Origin: Callorhinchus milii
Taxonomy: Eukaryota
Assembly (NCBI RefSeq): GCF_018977255.1
Contig: NW_024704742.1
Coordinates: forward strand, 102,178,001-102,242,000
Direction: 5' to 3'
Length of the DNA stretch: 64,000 nt
Position 1 is the first letter of the stretch. Every line of letters begins with the position of its first letter. The notes beneath the pieces are model-generated. The model was not told the origin of the DNA. It made no database searches and saw nothing but the letters and a program-made list of their open reading frames with translations. Both the position numbers and the translations under genes were made by a program. This document shows, piece after piece, positions 11,862-24,472 of the stretch.

Positions 11862-12116
11862 ATCACTCTTCAGATGAGAAGTTAAACCAAGGTCCCGTCT
11901 GTCTATTCAGGTTGATGTTAAAGATCCCATGACACTGCTTTAAAAGAAAAAGAAATGAGAAGGGAAGTCCTCCTAGTGTCCTGACCAACAATTTCCCAAA
12001 TAAAATCGGTCACTTGTTTCATGGCTGTTAGTGGGACATTGGTGTGTGCAAATGGGTGTGCATGTTCACCTACAAATACCAATCACTCCATTTCATAGTA
12101 AATTCTATGAAGTACT
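11862..12116 (+). mobile_element. Old DeuSINE central/3' fragment
   Basis: CTTCAGATGAGAAGTTAAACCAAGG..AAAGATCCCATGACACT..GTGGGACATTG. Confidence 0.85.
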
Positions 12117-12314
12117 TCCCTTCCTCACTCCCTTCGCCTCGCTCCCTCTCTTCCTATTTTCAGGTCCCTACTCAAGACCTTTCTTTTCGACCGTGCCTTT
12201 GGTCACCATCCTCTCCCTCCCCCGGCTCGGCCCCGGGATTCGTTACTGTGAAGCGCTCTGAGATGCCGTCTAGCATGGAAGGCGCTATATAAATCCAAGT
12301 TGTTGTTATTGTTG
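12117..12314 (+). mobile_element. L2 3' end (same subfamily as 860-2110) inserted in a SINE tail
   Basis: Matches the reverse complement of 860-1065; (GTT)n tail. Confidence 0.9.
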
Positions 12315-12699
12315 CTTTGAGAACAATAGCGTAGTAATGAAAGAGGAACATTAATATTTAACATATAAAGTGAATATTTTCTAGAAGTATTCACAAAATG
12401 GGACACTGTACAGCTTTTACACCGAATACAAGAAGATTTTAAAGCTACTATGCTGAATGCTGTTGATAAGTTAATGGACTAACAAATCCCTAGGGCCACA
12501 CGACGTATATCACAGAGTTCTGAAGGAAACAAGGAGGAAACTCGTGGGGTAAATGGCTATGCTCATGAAAGAGCCATTGAATACTGATGAAATTCTGCAG
12601 GGCTATTGCATCACCTAAGGGCAAGCTAATGCAATACCTAAGGGCATTGCCTTGATGGATCTCACCCAGGTAGCTATAAACTAACCAGTTTAAAATCTT

Positions 12700-13054
12700 C
12701 ATCAGATAAAGTAATTGAAGTTCTTCTAACTTCTAGGGTGGAGGAGCATTTGTTCAGCAAGAAAGAGGCAGCACAGATTTAGATGAGGTAAGATCTTGTT
12801 TAGCACTCTTCCTTAACACCTGCTTTGATGATTTCAGAGGAGACAGCACTATAATTATCATGGATTTTCAAAAGGCTTTTGATTCAGTTCCACACAAAAT
12901 ATTCATAATGAAGCTAAAAGCCAAAGGTATTCTGAGAAAATGTGGGAATGGGTACACGGTTGGTTCAAAAAAGGAAGAGAGCACTCTTGAAATCAGTAAT
13001 TTCAGAAACGCGGCGGTAATAAATGGGTCAGTACTTGAACCTCCATTGTTTCTT
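12700..13054 (+). mobile_element. CR1 RT fragment; resumes 13763-13800
   Basis: MDFQKAFDSVPH..GSVLEPPLF, then after the L2 insert FLIYINDLD. Confidence 0.85.
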
Positions 13055-13762
13055 GGAACTTTGGCATTTTGTTCGACTCTCAACTATCCTTTCTACCCCA
13101 CATCCATGCCATGTCCCGCTCTGCCTTCACCCACCTCCACAACATCACCCGGCTCCGCCACCGAAACCCTCATACACGCATTCATTACATCGAGGCTCGA
13201 CTACACAAACTCCCTGCTTGTCGGACTCCCCAATTCCTCCCTCCATAGGCTGCAGATCATCCAGAACTCTGCAGCCCGTGTCCTCTCCTGCACAAAATTC
13301 TGTGACCCTATCACCCCCATCCTTGCCCGACTCCACTGGCTTCCCATCACACAGAGGATACAGTTTAAGATCCTGGTCCTCACCTTCAAAGCCCTCCACG
13401 GTCTTGCTCCCCCTACCTTTATGACTTTCTAAACCCCTATCAACCTGCCTGCTTCCTCCGCTCAACGTGATCTGGCCTGCTTCACGTCGCCCGCCCCACT
13501 ATTGGCGGGCTGGCCTTCTGCCACTCTGCCCCCACCCTCTGGAACTCCATCCCGCAGTCCCTCCACCTCGCCCTCCCTCCAAGACCCATCTCAAGACCCT
13601 CCTCTTCGACTATGTCTTCGGTCAACCTCCTTCCCCTTCGGCCCTCCACCCTCCCCAATCCCGACCCCCAGCTCGAGTCCGAAGCACTGATTGTCCAGTG
13701 CCTTGGAACATCCTGCCAACATGAAAGGCCTACACAAATGCAATTTTGTTGTTGTTGTCGTT
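13055..13762 (+). mobile_element. 5'-truncated L2 LINE nested in CR1
   Basis: ETLIHAFITSRLDYTNSLLVGLP..LARLHWLPITQRIQFKIL; (GTT)n tail. Confidence 0.93.
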
Positions 13763-13811
13763 GTTCTAATCTATATCAATGACCTAGACGCAATGTTAAT
13801 TTGAAGCTTAA

Positions 13812-13910
13812 AAATAATAAATCTTGAATTTGATATAGTACCTTATCACATTGTCAGAATGCCTCAACGTGTTTTGACAGTACTTTACAGTAAAGTGTAG
13901 TGATTGTGCC
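13812..13910 (-). mobile_element. SINE tail fragment
   Basis: AATAATAAATCTTGAATTTGATATAGTACCTTATCAC. Confidence 0.6.
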
Positions 13911-14100
13911 AAGTGCAAATTTTGAACATGCAGTAAAATTCTGGCAAGTTGGACCAGTAAGGGTAAGATCTGGTCCCTTAATGTAGGTACAATGTTGCTG
14001 CAGGCATTTACCAGCTTTTTTGGTACTGGTCTTTATTGCCAATAAATGTCGGTACCGGCATTGTAATTGTTTGAATCCTGCAAGCAGAAGATAGCAAATA

Positions 14101-14468
14101 GTAATAATAATCCTTGCAATTGACATGGCATCTTAACATGACTTCTAGACGTCTCAAAGTGTTTCACAGAATGTACTGTAAAGTGAATTGACTGTATATT
14201 TTGTGGGCAAAACACGGCAGCCAATTGCGCTCAGCAGTGTCCCACAAACAGGCTTGGATTGAGTGACTAAACATTTTTTTAAAGAAAATATTACCCCGGA
14301 AAATCGATGTGCCAATCGACTAACAACTGGGTTCCTACTTATTGCTAGGTAAACAGAGGTGTCTGGAATAAGAAAACTTGCCTAAGGTTTTGCCCTGCCC
14401 AGGAATCGAACCCTGGTCATCTCATTTGTGAGGCAAGTGCTCTTAACCACTAAGCTACAGGACTCCAC
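14101..14468 (-). mobile_element. Full-length tRNA SINE, long subfamily 'B'
   Basis: Minus strand starts GTGGAGTCCTGTAGC, CAC loop, contains CCTCTGTTTACCTAGCA..TAAGTAGGAACCC segment, Deu 3' part, tail. Confidence 0.92.
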
Positions 14469-14689
14469 AAATATGCTCATGGGCTAGAGTGAAATGATAT
14501 CCCTGCCTAGTCACTGAGAACCAGCAAGGATTGTGAGGTGGGGGCGCGCTAAGAGTCGGACAGTGGGAACTACACGCGTGTGGGCTGCGGATATTTTTTT
14601 TCTGTTTCGGGCCCAGTCCGACAATGGACAAATTCCACAAACGGGCACATTAATGATCAATTTTATCTGGGGAATTGTTGAATTGACAC

Positions 14690-14830
14690 TGGAAGAAGCT
14701 ACCCTTTTCTTTTCAAATAATTCTACAGGATCTTTAATGTCCAATTGAATGGATAGACAGGATGTTGGTTTTAACGTTTCATCTGAAGGACAGAACCTCT
14801 GAAAATCCATCGCTCCCCAGGCATTGTGTG
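14690..14830 (-). mobile_element. Old DeuSINE central fragment
   Basis: GGATCTTTAATGTCCA..TTTAACGTTTCATCTGAAGGACAG. Confidence 0.7.
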
Positions 14831-14869
14831 CTCAAAAGCAGCAGGCTAAATTTGCTGACAACATTAACA

Positions 14870-15217
14870 GGGGAAGAACACTGGTCAGACCACATTTGAA
14901 ATAGTGCATTCAGTTCTAGTCACCACCCACATTAAATATATGCAGGCTTTGAAGATGATGGAGTGAAGAGCAAAGGGTTAGTTCCTCACTGAAAATATTG
15001 AATGGTATAGATAGGGCAAACCCAGACTATTGCTTCCCATTGGACTACAAATACGGGACAAAAGAACATTTGATACATTTAGCACAACAAAGAAAAAATT
15101 CAACTCAGATATTAGGAAGATTTTATTTGTATGAGGAGTAATAAATATTCGGAACAACGTACTAGGTGAGGTAGTTAAGGTGAAACATTAGGGGTTATTC
15201 AAATCTAACCTATACAA
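14870..15217 (+). mobile_element. Degraded CR1 3' fragment; tail resumes ~15445-15497 after the MITE-like element
   Basis: CTGGTCAGACCACATTTGAAATAGTGCATTCAGTTC (LVRPHLEY..QF-like); GAATGGCCTTTTC..TTCTTATATTCTTA tail. Confidence 0.65.
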
Positions 15218-15423
15218 CTGGGTTGATTTATTCTATTCATGCAGCGTTTCAGAACATTCAATTTTCAGAATTGCTGAATTTTGCCTTAATTTTAAAGTCT
15301 GTTTTCTGTGGTTGTTAAACAAAAAAAGGAAAACCAGTTCAAAATTAAGATTGTATTCAAAAATTTCTCAAACTCTCTAAATGCTACAGGGAGTAAATTT
15401 AGACCTAGGGGGAATTTCTCCCC
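15218..15423. mobile_element. Palindromic MITE-like element, copy 2 (left end eroded)
   Basis: Shares TTCAAAATTAAGATTGTA and TAGACCTAGG..GGAATTTCT with 61657-61890. Confidence 0.7.
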
Positions 15424-17084
15424 ATGTAAGTGTAAAATAGGGTAATAAAATGGATCGAATGGCCTTTTCACATCCTTAACATTTCTTATATTCTTAGTTT
15501 TGAAAGGGATTTGTCAAATTGCACAAGAATATGCTTCTTGACAGTATACAAAATGTCTTTCTTGAGGGTGTCTTGCCGAAATTATGTGATTTCACCATTT
15601 TACCGACAACTTAACTGAGATGATTATGTTGATAACATATTCATTTGCATAATGCTTAGGGATCCCAAACTGCCTGGGAATTGTTTAGTGGGAATCACTC
15701 CAATTCTGAAATTATGTTTGTCCTTAAAGCTACTAGTGTTTCTGATCAATACAGTACAGATACAGATCATGGCTGGATGACTTGTCAAGTAACCATCCTA
15801 GTTAGGTCAGGTCATTAGTTAACAAGCAGAGGCAAAACTCATTAATGTATTATTGCTATTAATTTTGCAAATAGTGGTTCATAAGTCTTGAATGTCTTTT
15901 TAAATTTAAATTTAATTAGCTGTTTCTTGTCATATGGTCAAATATTGCATTCAGGAAGGATAATAAATATTTTGATGTTGGTCGTTATGGGAAATCCATA
16001 AGCGCCCATTGGAAGATACATTACTCTGACTGAATTCAGCAGAAGAGTCCCCAGAGTTACAGGATTGGGTACAATCAGGCATGCTGCTAATTAAATAAAT
16101 GGGATAACTTGGAAAATATCACAAAGCCACTTCAAAATATTCCAACAAATGGCTCAGGTCATTACTGTTAATATTCCTCTTCACCATTTTAACAGCTCAC
16201 TTCTCTTTAATGTGTTCTGCTAATAGGAACCAGTTCTCCCATGGATTTTGCAAAGCCCCATTAAAATTCCCAGCGAATGGGAACTATTACTATGCACAGA
16301 TATTACTGCTGCGGATAGTCTTTGTTAAAACGTTAAAATGTTTAAAATCATTAAACATTGTATGTTGTTGAGTGATTCACAATGCTGCATGACCTCTTTT
16401 GCAAGATAATATTTGTTTAGTATCATTCTGATTTTCCTTTCTTTCTTGTTTCTACCTTATATATTTGAATTATTTTACACCCATTCTATTTCATTGATGC
16501 TATAAAGCTCACTTACATATACTTCCATTTGTTTGAAGAAAGATATCAGTTAGATGAGCATGAAAAATTGATGCAGAATAAAGGCCAAGTGGGCAATTAT
16601 GCTCATTTTGAGCTAATGCAACTATCTCTTCAGCCACTGAGAAAAGTTTCAATACTACTTTCTATCCCATTTAACCTGCAGATTTTTTTCCCTGTTATAA
16701 GACATTTATATGGAAATCCTACTCACAATAACATGTTTAACTTACATCTGCTATTGAGTATTCAGAAGGATTTTCAGGAGGCTAAAAGGTTAAGATCTAT
16801 AAGAACTCCAGCAGTTACTGAATGCATCACAATTCATCACTTTTCAACAACCATTCCACAAAAAGTATTCATGAGGTTTTCACACATGTTCTGTACTGCT
16901 GAACATCTTTTTCCACCTTATCAGTGCAATTGCTATGGTAGACACTAGATTTCACCTCTTGAGACCTCAATTCAGCCTTTGCAATGGTATTGTGCTCTGA
17001 CTGAGAATGATCCAGTAACAATTCTATTTGGCTCCACTTATGGAAGGTTTGTAGTCCGTGTTATTTCCAGTATAACATGTCATG

Positions 17085-17508
17085 ACCCGGTCCACCTTTC
17101 CCCAACTCTGTAACTTTGTTCGGGTCTGCCACTGTCTCACACCCCAGGCCACCAAGACCCTCATACACTCATCCATAACATCCAGGCTCGATTATGCAAA
17201 CTTCCTGCTTGTCGGCCTCCCCAACTCCTTCCTCCATAGGCTGCAGATTATCCAGAACTCTGCTCCGTGTCCTATCCCACACCAGGCTCCGTGACCCTAT
17301 CAACCCCACCCTCGCTTATCTCTACTGGCTTCCCATCACACAGAGGATACAGTTCAAGATCCTGGTCCTCACTTTCAAAGCCCTCCATGGGCTTGGTCCC
17401 TTCTACCTCTGCAACTTCTTAACCACCTACCAACCTGCCTGCTACCTCAGCTCAGCGTGCTCCGGCCTACTTCACGTCCCCCGTCTCACCTGTCCCACTA
17501 TTGGGCCG
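17085..17508 (+). mobile_element. L2 ORF2 C-terminal fragment without tail
   Basis: TKTLIHSSITSRLDYANFLLVGLP; YWLPITQRIQFKILVLTFKALHGL. Confidence 0.9.
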
Positions 17509-18137
17509 CTACAAAATGTAATTTTTTTTGTTTCTACTGTGAAGCACCATGTGAAGAACTGTGTCATTTGATTTATTGGACTTTAGCACTATTTTAGTTA
17601 GAATTTATGGACTTTAACACTATTTTAGCTAGAATTGTAATTGTTAAATGAAATTTCACTTGTTTCAAATGAAGTGTCTTTCATGATTTTCAAGGTCTAT
17701 TTCCCTGCAATCCAACCTCATAAAAGAGTAAATGGCAGTCTACCTAGAAATGATTCATTTTAAGTGATACAAGTACAAGAAATATCAAACATGTAAATGT
17801 AAGTTTACTCTGTACTATTATTGTACTAGTGGCAGTGGCACTTACCAGTAAAACAATAAAGCATGTAAATCTGATTTATCTTGTTGTTCATTGCTTTATT
17901 CTATCCTGTAATAAACATAACTATTGCAATGTTCTCAAGACTGTTGTGTCTGATATTTATGAATTTCAAAACTGCTATGGACTTTGCAGCAGCACAACGA
18001 TGGATAAATACAAAAATAACATGCCCTCCCACATATGTTATCTAATTAATTGATGAGTAGAAGTGAGGCTGTTTAATATAATCTGGGAGTTTATACATTG
18101 TTTCCAGGAACCTCGCAGGGAGTTCCCATTAACTGCA

Positions 18138-18531
18138 ATCCTACATCTTAGCGGGTAGAGTACTCGCCTCACAAGTGAGAGGAAACTGGGTTTGATTCCC
18201 AGGCAAGTCAAAACGTTGAGCAGGTTTCCTTACTCCACACGCCCCTATTTCCCTAGCAGTAAGTAGGAACCCGTTTGTTAGTCAATTGGAGGATTGCTTT
18301 TCTGGGAGTCATAAACCCTTCAAAATAAAATAATAATAAAAAATGATAATAATAAATAATAATAATTTGGTCACTCAATCCACAACTGTTTGTGAGCACT
18401 GCTGTGTGCAATTGGCTGCTGCGTTTTGCCCACAAAATATCCAGTTAATTCACTTTACAGTATATTTTTCCCATGAAGTGCTTTGAGACTTAATAAAGCA
18501 CTATATCAAATGCAAGAATTATTATATTATT
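18138..18531 (+). mobile_element. tRNA SINE subfamily B
   Basis: CTCGCCTCACAAGTGAGAG head, CCTAGCAGTAAGTAGGAACCC segment, Deu part, tail. Confidence 0.9.
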
Positions 18532-18579
18532 ACAATCTACTTAGTGAGGGCTCAAATCTGTGCTTGTTGGATATCAAGG

Positions 18580-19050
18580 GACCAACTTATGGGAGTGAGG
18601 TAAGCAGGGTATTTTTGATGCTGAGCTGACTTCAAAGTGCCACGTTTGGCAGCAGAATGTAATGCTAATCAATTCTTTGTGGTAGTCTTCATAGCCTGGT
18701 TCTTGAGCTTGGTGGGTCAGTTAGCAAACCAGTCAACTTGGCTCATTGGCAGGCCTTGGCAGTGTAGACCAATTGCTGACAGCAGAAATATATAATTTTA
18801 GCTGGTTGAATTCCAGCAGTACCCAATTGGGGTTCACAAGCCTTTGTTCTTGCCAATCTGTGCCTAATATTCTCTGGAATTAGATAAACAAACTGTGTCC
18901 CTCCAGAAATAAAGTGTACATTCTATCTCAGAAGCAAGGAAATTTCCATTGGTGGGTGACATACATACATGGAATTCTCAGTTTGGTTTGGATACTCTTA
19001 AGCTCGGTGATGGGTTTGAGAACATGTCAGATACTCAACATTAAAAAAAC
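18580..19050 (+). mobile_element. Unclassified retroelement 3' region, copy 1 (diverged)
   Basis: Colinear with 34128-34577 and 51510-52118 (CAGCAGTACC, CTGGAATTAG, TTGGATACTCTTAAG, TGTCAGATAC, A-rich end). Confidence 0.7.
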
Positions 19051-19271
19051 GCATTGTTTCCAAATGGTTGGAACTTTACTCCCTGAACCTCTTTGTTGTA
19101 TATTATAATGTGTGGACAAATAGCAATTCACTTCTTTTTATGTATACATTTTCTTTATTAACCTTTTTACCTTTTTAATTATATTTTTGCAGAATGTTAT
19201 TTTGTTGGATTTAATTTTGTTCTATTTACTTCCACTGTGGATTGCTCATAGCACACATTGGATTGCTGACA

Positions 19272-19641
19272 GTGGAGTCCTGTTGCTCAGTGGTTAGAGC
19301 ACTTGCCTCACAAGCAAGAGACCTGGGTTTGATTCCCAACAAAGTGAAATGTTGGGCAAGTTTCCTTACTCCATACCCTTCTGTTAACCTAGCAGTAAGT
19401 AGGAACCCGGTTATTAGTCGATTGACTGATCGCTTTTCTGGGGATATTAATTCCTTAAAAAAATGGTTACTCAATCCTTGACTGTTTGTGGGACACTGCT
19501 GTGTGCAATTGGCTGTCACATTTCGCCCACAAAATATACAATAATTCACTTTACAGTTTATTCTGTTAAGGGTTTTGAGGCATCTCAAAGACGTGATAAA
19601 ATGCTATATCAAATGCAAGGATTATGATTATTATTATTATT
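19272..19641 (+). mobile_element. Full-length tRNA SINE subfamily B
   Basis: GTGGAGTCCTG start, CAC loop, long internal segment, (ATT)n tail. Confidence 0.93.
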
Positions 19642-20373
19642 TTCCCCAGTAGGAGTATGAGATAATCTAAGAGAAAGCTTTGCCAATGATGCATCCTGAT
19701 CTGTCAGTGAGCTAAGGCCTCAGTTTACCCCTTCCCATCTACTGATGATGAACGATGTCACTTCCACTGGCCACTATAATGACAGCCAATATGAGAACTG
19801 ACAGAATTCACCCAACTGAGGCAGGAAGGCGTCACAAGTTGCTCTGGAACATTAATCTGTAGATCACTTGTCTTCTGCTGCTTGCTCTTTTGCATTGTCT
19901 GTATTGTAGTGTTAAAGAAGTAAAGCATAAATGTGAATTGCAATCACATTCATTTCACTTAAAACCTTTCTCCCAAACAATGCATGAATTAATTACCTCT
20001 GCATTAAACTCTGCACAATGTTAGGGTTACAGAATTTTTAGAATGAAGGCTATATGTATAATATTCTCATTATAACTATTCACACTACTAGTGGTGAATA
20101 ACAAAGGTGAAGTGGTACTCAATTGTTTTAGGTCCAGTATCACAGTGGCCAGGCCACTATTGTATATTAGTCGTAAAACCAACCCAACATCCATCTATCC
20201 CTCACATTTGTTACTGTACATAATACGTAGAAATTCCAGATGATTTGATGTCATTTTTAGGAAATATTAAATAAAGATTTCTGTATTCTAAGGAGATGTT
20301 TATGATCTATCATTGGATACTAAAACCCAATGACTTGTTAATAGGCAATGACCCCAAAGTCAATTTTCCTTTT

Positions 20374-20985
20374 CATAGAATCATAGAATATTACAGCACA
20401 GAAAGAGGCCATTTGGCCCATCGTGCCTGTGCCAGCTCTTTGGAAGCGCTACCCAATCAGTCCCATTCCCCTGCTCTTGCCCCATATCCTTGCCAATCTT
20501 TCATTTTCGAGTACCTATCTCTTTTGAAAGTTGTTATTGAATCTTTTTCCACCACCCATTCAGGCAGTGCATTTCCAGACCGTAACAACTCTCTGTGTAA
20601 AAAAAATTCTCCTCATCTCCCCTCTAGTTCTTTTGCCAATTATCTTAAATGGATGTCCCCTGATTACTGACCCACCTGCCAGTGGAAACAGTTTCTCCCT
20701 ACCTTCTATCAAAATCTTCATAATTTTGAGCACCTCTATTGAATCTTCCCATAACCTCCTCTGCTCTAAGGAGAACAATCCCAGCTTCTCATGTCTCTCC
20801 ACATAACTAAGGTTCCTCATCCCTGGTACCATTCTGATAAATCTCCTCTGCACTCTCTCCAAGGCCTTGATATCCTTCCTGTGCTGCTCAGAATTGGACA
20901 CGATACTCCAGCTGAGGTCTAACCAGTGACTTATAAAGGTTTAGCAGAACTTTCTTGCTTTTGTACTCTATGCCTCTGTGCCTCA
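20374..20985 (-). mobile_element. CR1 3' fragment
   Basis: ORF KDIKALERVQRRFIRMVPG..LGLFSLEQRRL..FFTQRVV; CATAGAAT tail repeats. Confidence 0.93.
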
Positions 20986-21164
20986 TAGGCAATGTAGAAA
21001 TAAATCTCAAAGCGCTTGTCAAGCTAAAAATCTAGCTTCTGGAACAAATAAACTGACAGCAATTTATGGTCATTGCATTACTGTATGATGCATTGAACAT
21101 CTATCAGCTGTTTAAAAAAAGAATATTATTTCCTAATTTACAGAAAGTCACCTTGACAAATCAG

Positions 21165-21400
21165 GTGGACTGTTCAGTGTCAGTTCAGGTGGATGTTACA
21201 GATCACATGGGACCATTTGGAAAAGGAAGGGAGTTTCTGCTGGTGTCCTGACCAACAATCCCCCAGATAAAATTGTTCATTCACATCATAGCTGTTTGTG
21301 GAACAACACTGTGTGCAAATTGGCTGCCATGTTTGCCTGCAAAATACACAGTCACTGCACTTTACATTAAAATCCTGTGAAGCACATTGAGTCATCCTCC
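21165..21400 (+). mobile_element. Old DeuSINE fragment
   Basis: GTTCAGGTGGATGTTAC..GGTGTCCTGACC..TGTGTGCAAATTGGCTGCC. Confidence 0.85.
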
Positions 21401-21520
21401 GAACAGGTAGGGCTCTTTAGTCTTGAAAAGCGACGTCTCAAAGGGGATCTAACAGAAACATGTAAGATGTTAAATGAGATAGAGAAAGTAAACTGGAATG
21501 ATAGTTTCACACTTGCCAAG
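21401..21520 (+). mobile_element. CR1 fragment
   Basis: GLFSLEKRRLKGDLTETCKML. Confidence 0.75.
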
Positions 21521-22620
21521 GTAGCTTTTTGCATTCTGGCTTACATTAAATGGACTGACGGGCTTTCTTCATTCACACCTTTCTTGGTAGAGTGTAATCT
21601 GTGACAATGATATTTACTGTGAAATAAGATTTTGTTGTCAGGGTATCAAGGAGATAGATCATTGTTCTAGTAACCTATGTTGTACTGTACTCAACTGATA
21701 AAATATTGGACTTTTTTTTAAATGGCCTGTGGCACACAGAGATCCTTCTCCTCCCTATGCAAGGCCAAATACTGTTTTCTTCTCTCATTGATCAATCACA
21801 CAAGTGAAGAAGGTGCAGAGATCGATTCACAGGATTTTACATTCCTTATCTTTACTGACAGAGGCTTGGTTCCAAAGCATTGAGAAACAAGAGAGCTTGG
21901 AAGGTACTTTGTGTTGCATTATATCTTTTTACTTAAGTCCATTTTATTGGTGTCTGATATTCAAGATCAGTTTTGATAAAGAGATGTTTGAGCACCTGAT
22001 GATTGATTTAAACGGGGAGAATAGACACACACTCTGGGTTATTTTAATTAAAATCTCCCTGGGTTGAACTTGCTCTAAGGAAAAGATGGATAGTTCTGCA
22101 ATAATCCATGGAGTTATTTGGGTTAATTAGCCTGCCTGTCTGGTTCTTAAATACAACTTCCAGTTATGTCCTCAAACCTTCCAGCTAACACATTGAGATA
22201 CACGTTACGATTATGTATTTCAATGTGATTTGCATCACGACAATGTGTGTTTTTAAATGAAAACTGTGCTGTACAAATGTAAATTGTATTGTATTTCAGG
22301 GTATGTGTAGGGTGGTGGTGTGATGAGTGCTTAAGAAATCAGACTGAATGCAGAGTGTTGGGAGTGTGTGGTTCACTGGACAGCTGATCAGCAGCGAGAA
22401 GGAAAATGTGACTATACTTCAAACTATAGATATCGATGTTTTAGACATAGCAAAAGTTCTGGGTGGGGGTGGGTTGGGGGGGAGGGAATGAAACTGTGGA
22501 TGTTAAGATTCGTCAAATGTATTTTTATTTAACCCTTCTGTGTGCTTGTTTCTGCTTAATCACAGTTGCAACTTAGTGGGGTTTTCAATGCTCACAGAGT
22601 ATTTTTTTCCCCCTGTAAAG

Positions 22621-22870
22621 TTTGAATGGATTGCATGTGTATGGGCTGAGCTGAGCTGAGCTGAGCTCCCAGTGGGTATTGATGGAGAGGATAACGCTGA
22701 GAGCCACAGGAGCAACAGCAGCAGCGCCGAGTGATCACAACCTCCTCCACCCCACTCCTGCCAGCACTGGGGAGGGGAGAGAGGAGGGGAGGGGAGAGAG
22801 GAGGGGAGGGGGTGGGGGGGGAATAAAAACCACCTGCCAACAAAACCTTGCACTCGGACTGGAGGGAAAG
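22621..22870 (+). other. Candidate non-coding (5'UTR or alternative first) exon
   Basis: Consensus donor AAG|GTAAGT at 22870/22871; pyrimidine tract plus AAG at 22601-22620; GC-raised unique sequence inside a ~2 kb zone lacking recognisable TEs. The start is uncertain if this is a first exon. Confidence 0.5.
22769..22821 (+). repeat. Polypurine G-run tract
   Basis: GGGGAGGGGAGAGAGGAGGGGAGGGGAGAGAGGAGGGGAGGGGGTGGGGGGGG. Confidence 0.9.
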
Positions 22871-23138
22871 GTAAGTGTCTTTGCGAGTGCATATGCGAAA
22901 TCACAGCCCAACACACAGTTGCAGGTAATAATGTGCGATGTGGAGCAGAGCAATGGTTAGATGGACGCAGTGAGTCAGGGCTGTGTCTCTGGTGCTCAGG
23001 GTCAGACAATGTGGACAATAGAGTGAGTGGCTCAGGGCTTTGCACCTTTTATTTTGGGGGCTGAGCATAATGTAGGGAGGGGCGTTCATCACCCTCCATC
23101 AATGCCTTTTTTTTATTCCTAAAATGTTCCCCACCCTC

Positions 23139-23171
23139 CACACACACACACACACAACACACACATACACC
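23139..23171 (+). repeat. (CA)n microsatellite, imperfect
   Basis: Direct reading. Confidence 0.9.
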
Positions 23172-23820
23172 ATCAGTCCCTATCACCTGCTCCTGCGAAT
23201 GATTGTTTTCGATCCCGCAAAATATAAGGCAGATTTCATTTGTTTCGTTGAATGGCACTGAGGAGTCCACGAGTAAGAAGAATTGCTTTGGATTTTTTTT
23301 GTTTTTGTCTTGTTTGGTTTTGCACGGAAGGAAAGCTGAGGCAAAGAAAGTAAGGCTTTCCTGAATGTGCCACATTCTGCAATTTCAGTTAAAATAATAA
23401 ATCAGCGCCCTATGAAAGGTATTTCATGTGGGATCCTTATTACAGCCTCTCTCTTATTGCACAGGGGTTACTTCTGTAGAAGCTGTTTTGCTGACTTCCC
23501 TTTGCCTTGTTGAAACGATCCCACACACAACATGTTTTTTTTAAAAAATATGGTGAGAGGTAAGTGACCAAAGGTGTAGTCCAAGAGATATGTTTTTGAA
23601 CTAGTTTGAAACAGAAAGAAAGAGGGGAAAGGTAGGTGAGGCGGATGCAGTTTAAGGCAGGGTGACCATAGTCTCCAAATTTATTGTGTTTGTGGCCAAA
23701 TTTTGCCCCGTCCTCAGATCTGCAACCCAGGATCTGTCCTCAAACTGAGCAATTCTAAAACAGGCACACTCATCAGAGAAATACAGCCATTAATCCGACA
23801 AGCGTCTCCAGTACTGTCAG

Positions 23821-24472
23821 CAACAATAATAACAAGATTACATTTGTATAGCGCCTTTCACGTCGGGAGGACGTCCCAAGGCGCTGGACTGAGTACGGCA
23901 TTTCAGACCCGAGCTGGGGTCAGAGTGGGGGGGTGGGGGTGGAAGGGAGGGGAGGGGGGAGGGCGATGGCATGGTCAAAGAGGAGGGTGTTGAGGCTAAG
24001 GAGGGGGCAAGGCGGAGTGACTGGGGATGGAATTCCAGAGGTTGGGGGCAGAGTGGCTGAAGGCTCTCCCGCCAATGGTGGGGCGGGTGGGTCGGGGGAC
24101 ATGGAGCAGGCCAGAGCCGGCTGAGTGGAGGGAGCGGGCGGGTTGGTAGGGGTTTCGGAGGTCACAGAGGTAGTGGGCCGAGGCCATGGAGGGCTTTGTA
24201 TGTGAGGACCAGGAACTTGAACTGGATCCTCTGAAGGATAGGGAGCCAATGGAGTCGGGCAAGAGTGGGGGAGATGGGGTCACGGAGTTTGGTGCGGGAG
24301 AGGACATGGGCTGCAGAGTTCTGGATTATCTGCAGCCTGTGGAGGGAGGAGTTGGGAAGGCTGACAAGCAGGGAGTTTGCATAGTCGAGCCTGGAGGTGA
24401 TGAAGGCATGAACAAGAGTTTCAGTGGCCTGAGGGGTGAGGCAGTGGCGGAGTCGGGCGATGTTACGGAGAT
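23821..24472 (-). mobile_element. 5'-truncated L2 LINE
   Basis: Minus RPTIGGRAFSHSAPNLWNSIP; tail CAACAATAATAAC..GCGCCTTTCACGTCGGGAGGACGTCCC. Confidence 0.93.

Noticed and set aside
16529..16948. 139 aa ORF
   Set aside because: TTG start, no recognisable domain and no convincing splice boundaries.
22643..22667. GGGCT/GAGCT pentamers as an immunoglobulin switch-like region
   Set aside because: Only about five units and no Ig segments or recombination signals recognised; a simple microsatellite.
22679..22960. 93 aa ORF as coding sequence
   Set aside because: Low-complexity translation of a purine tract; no recognisable protein.
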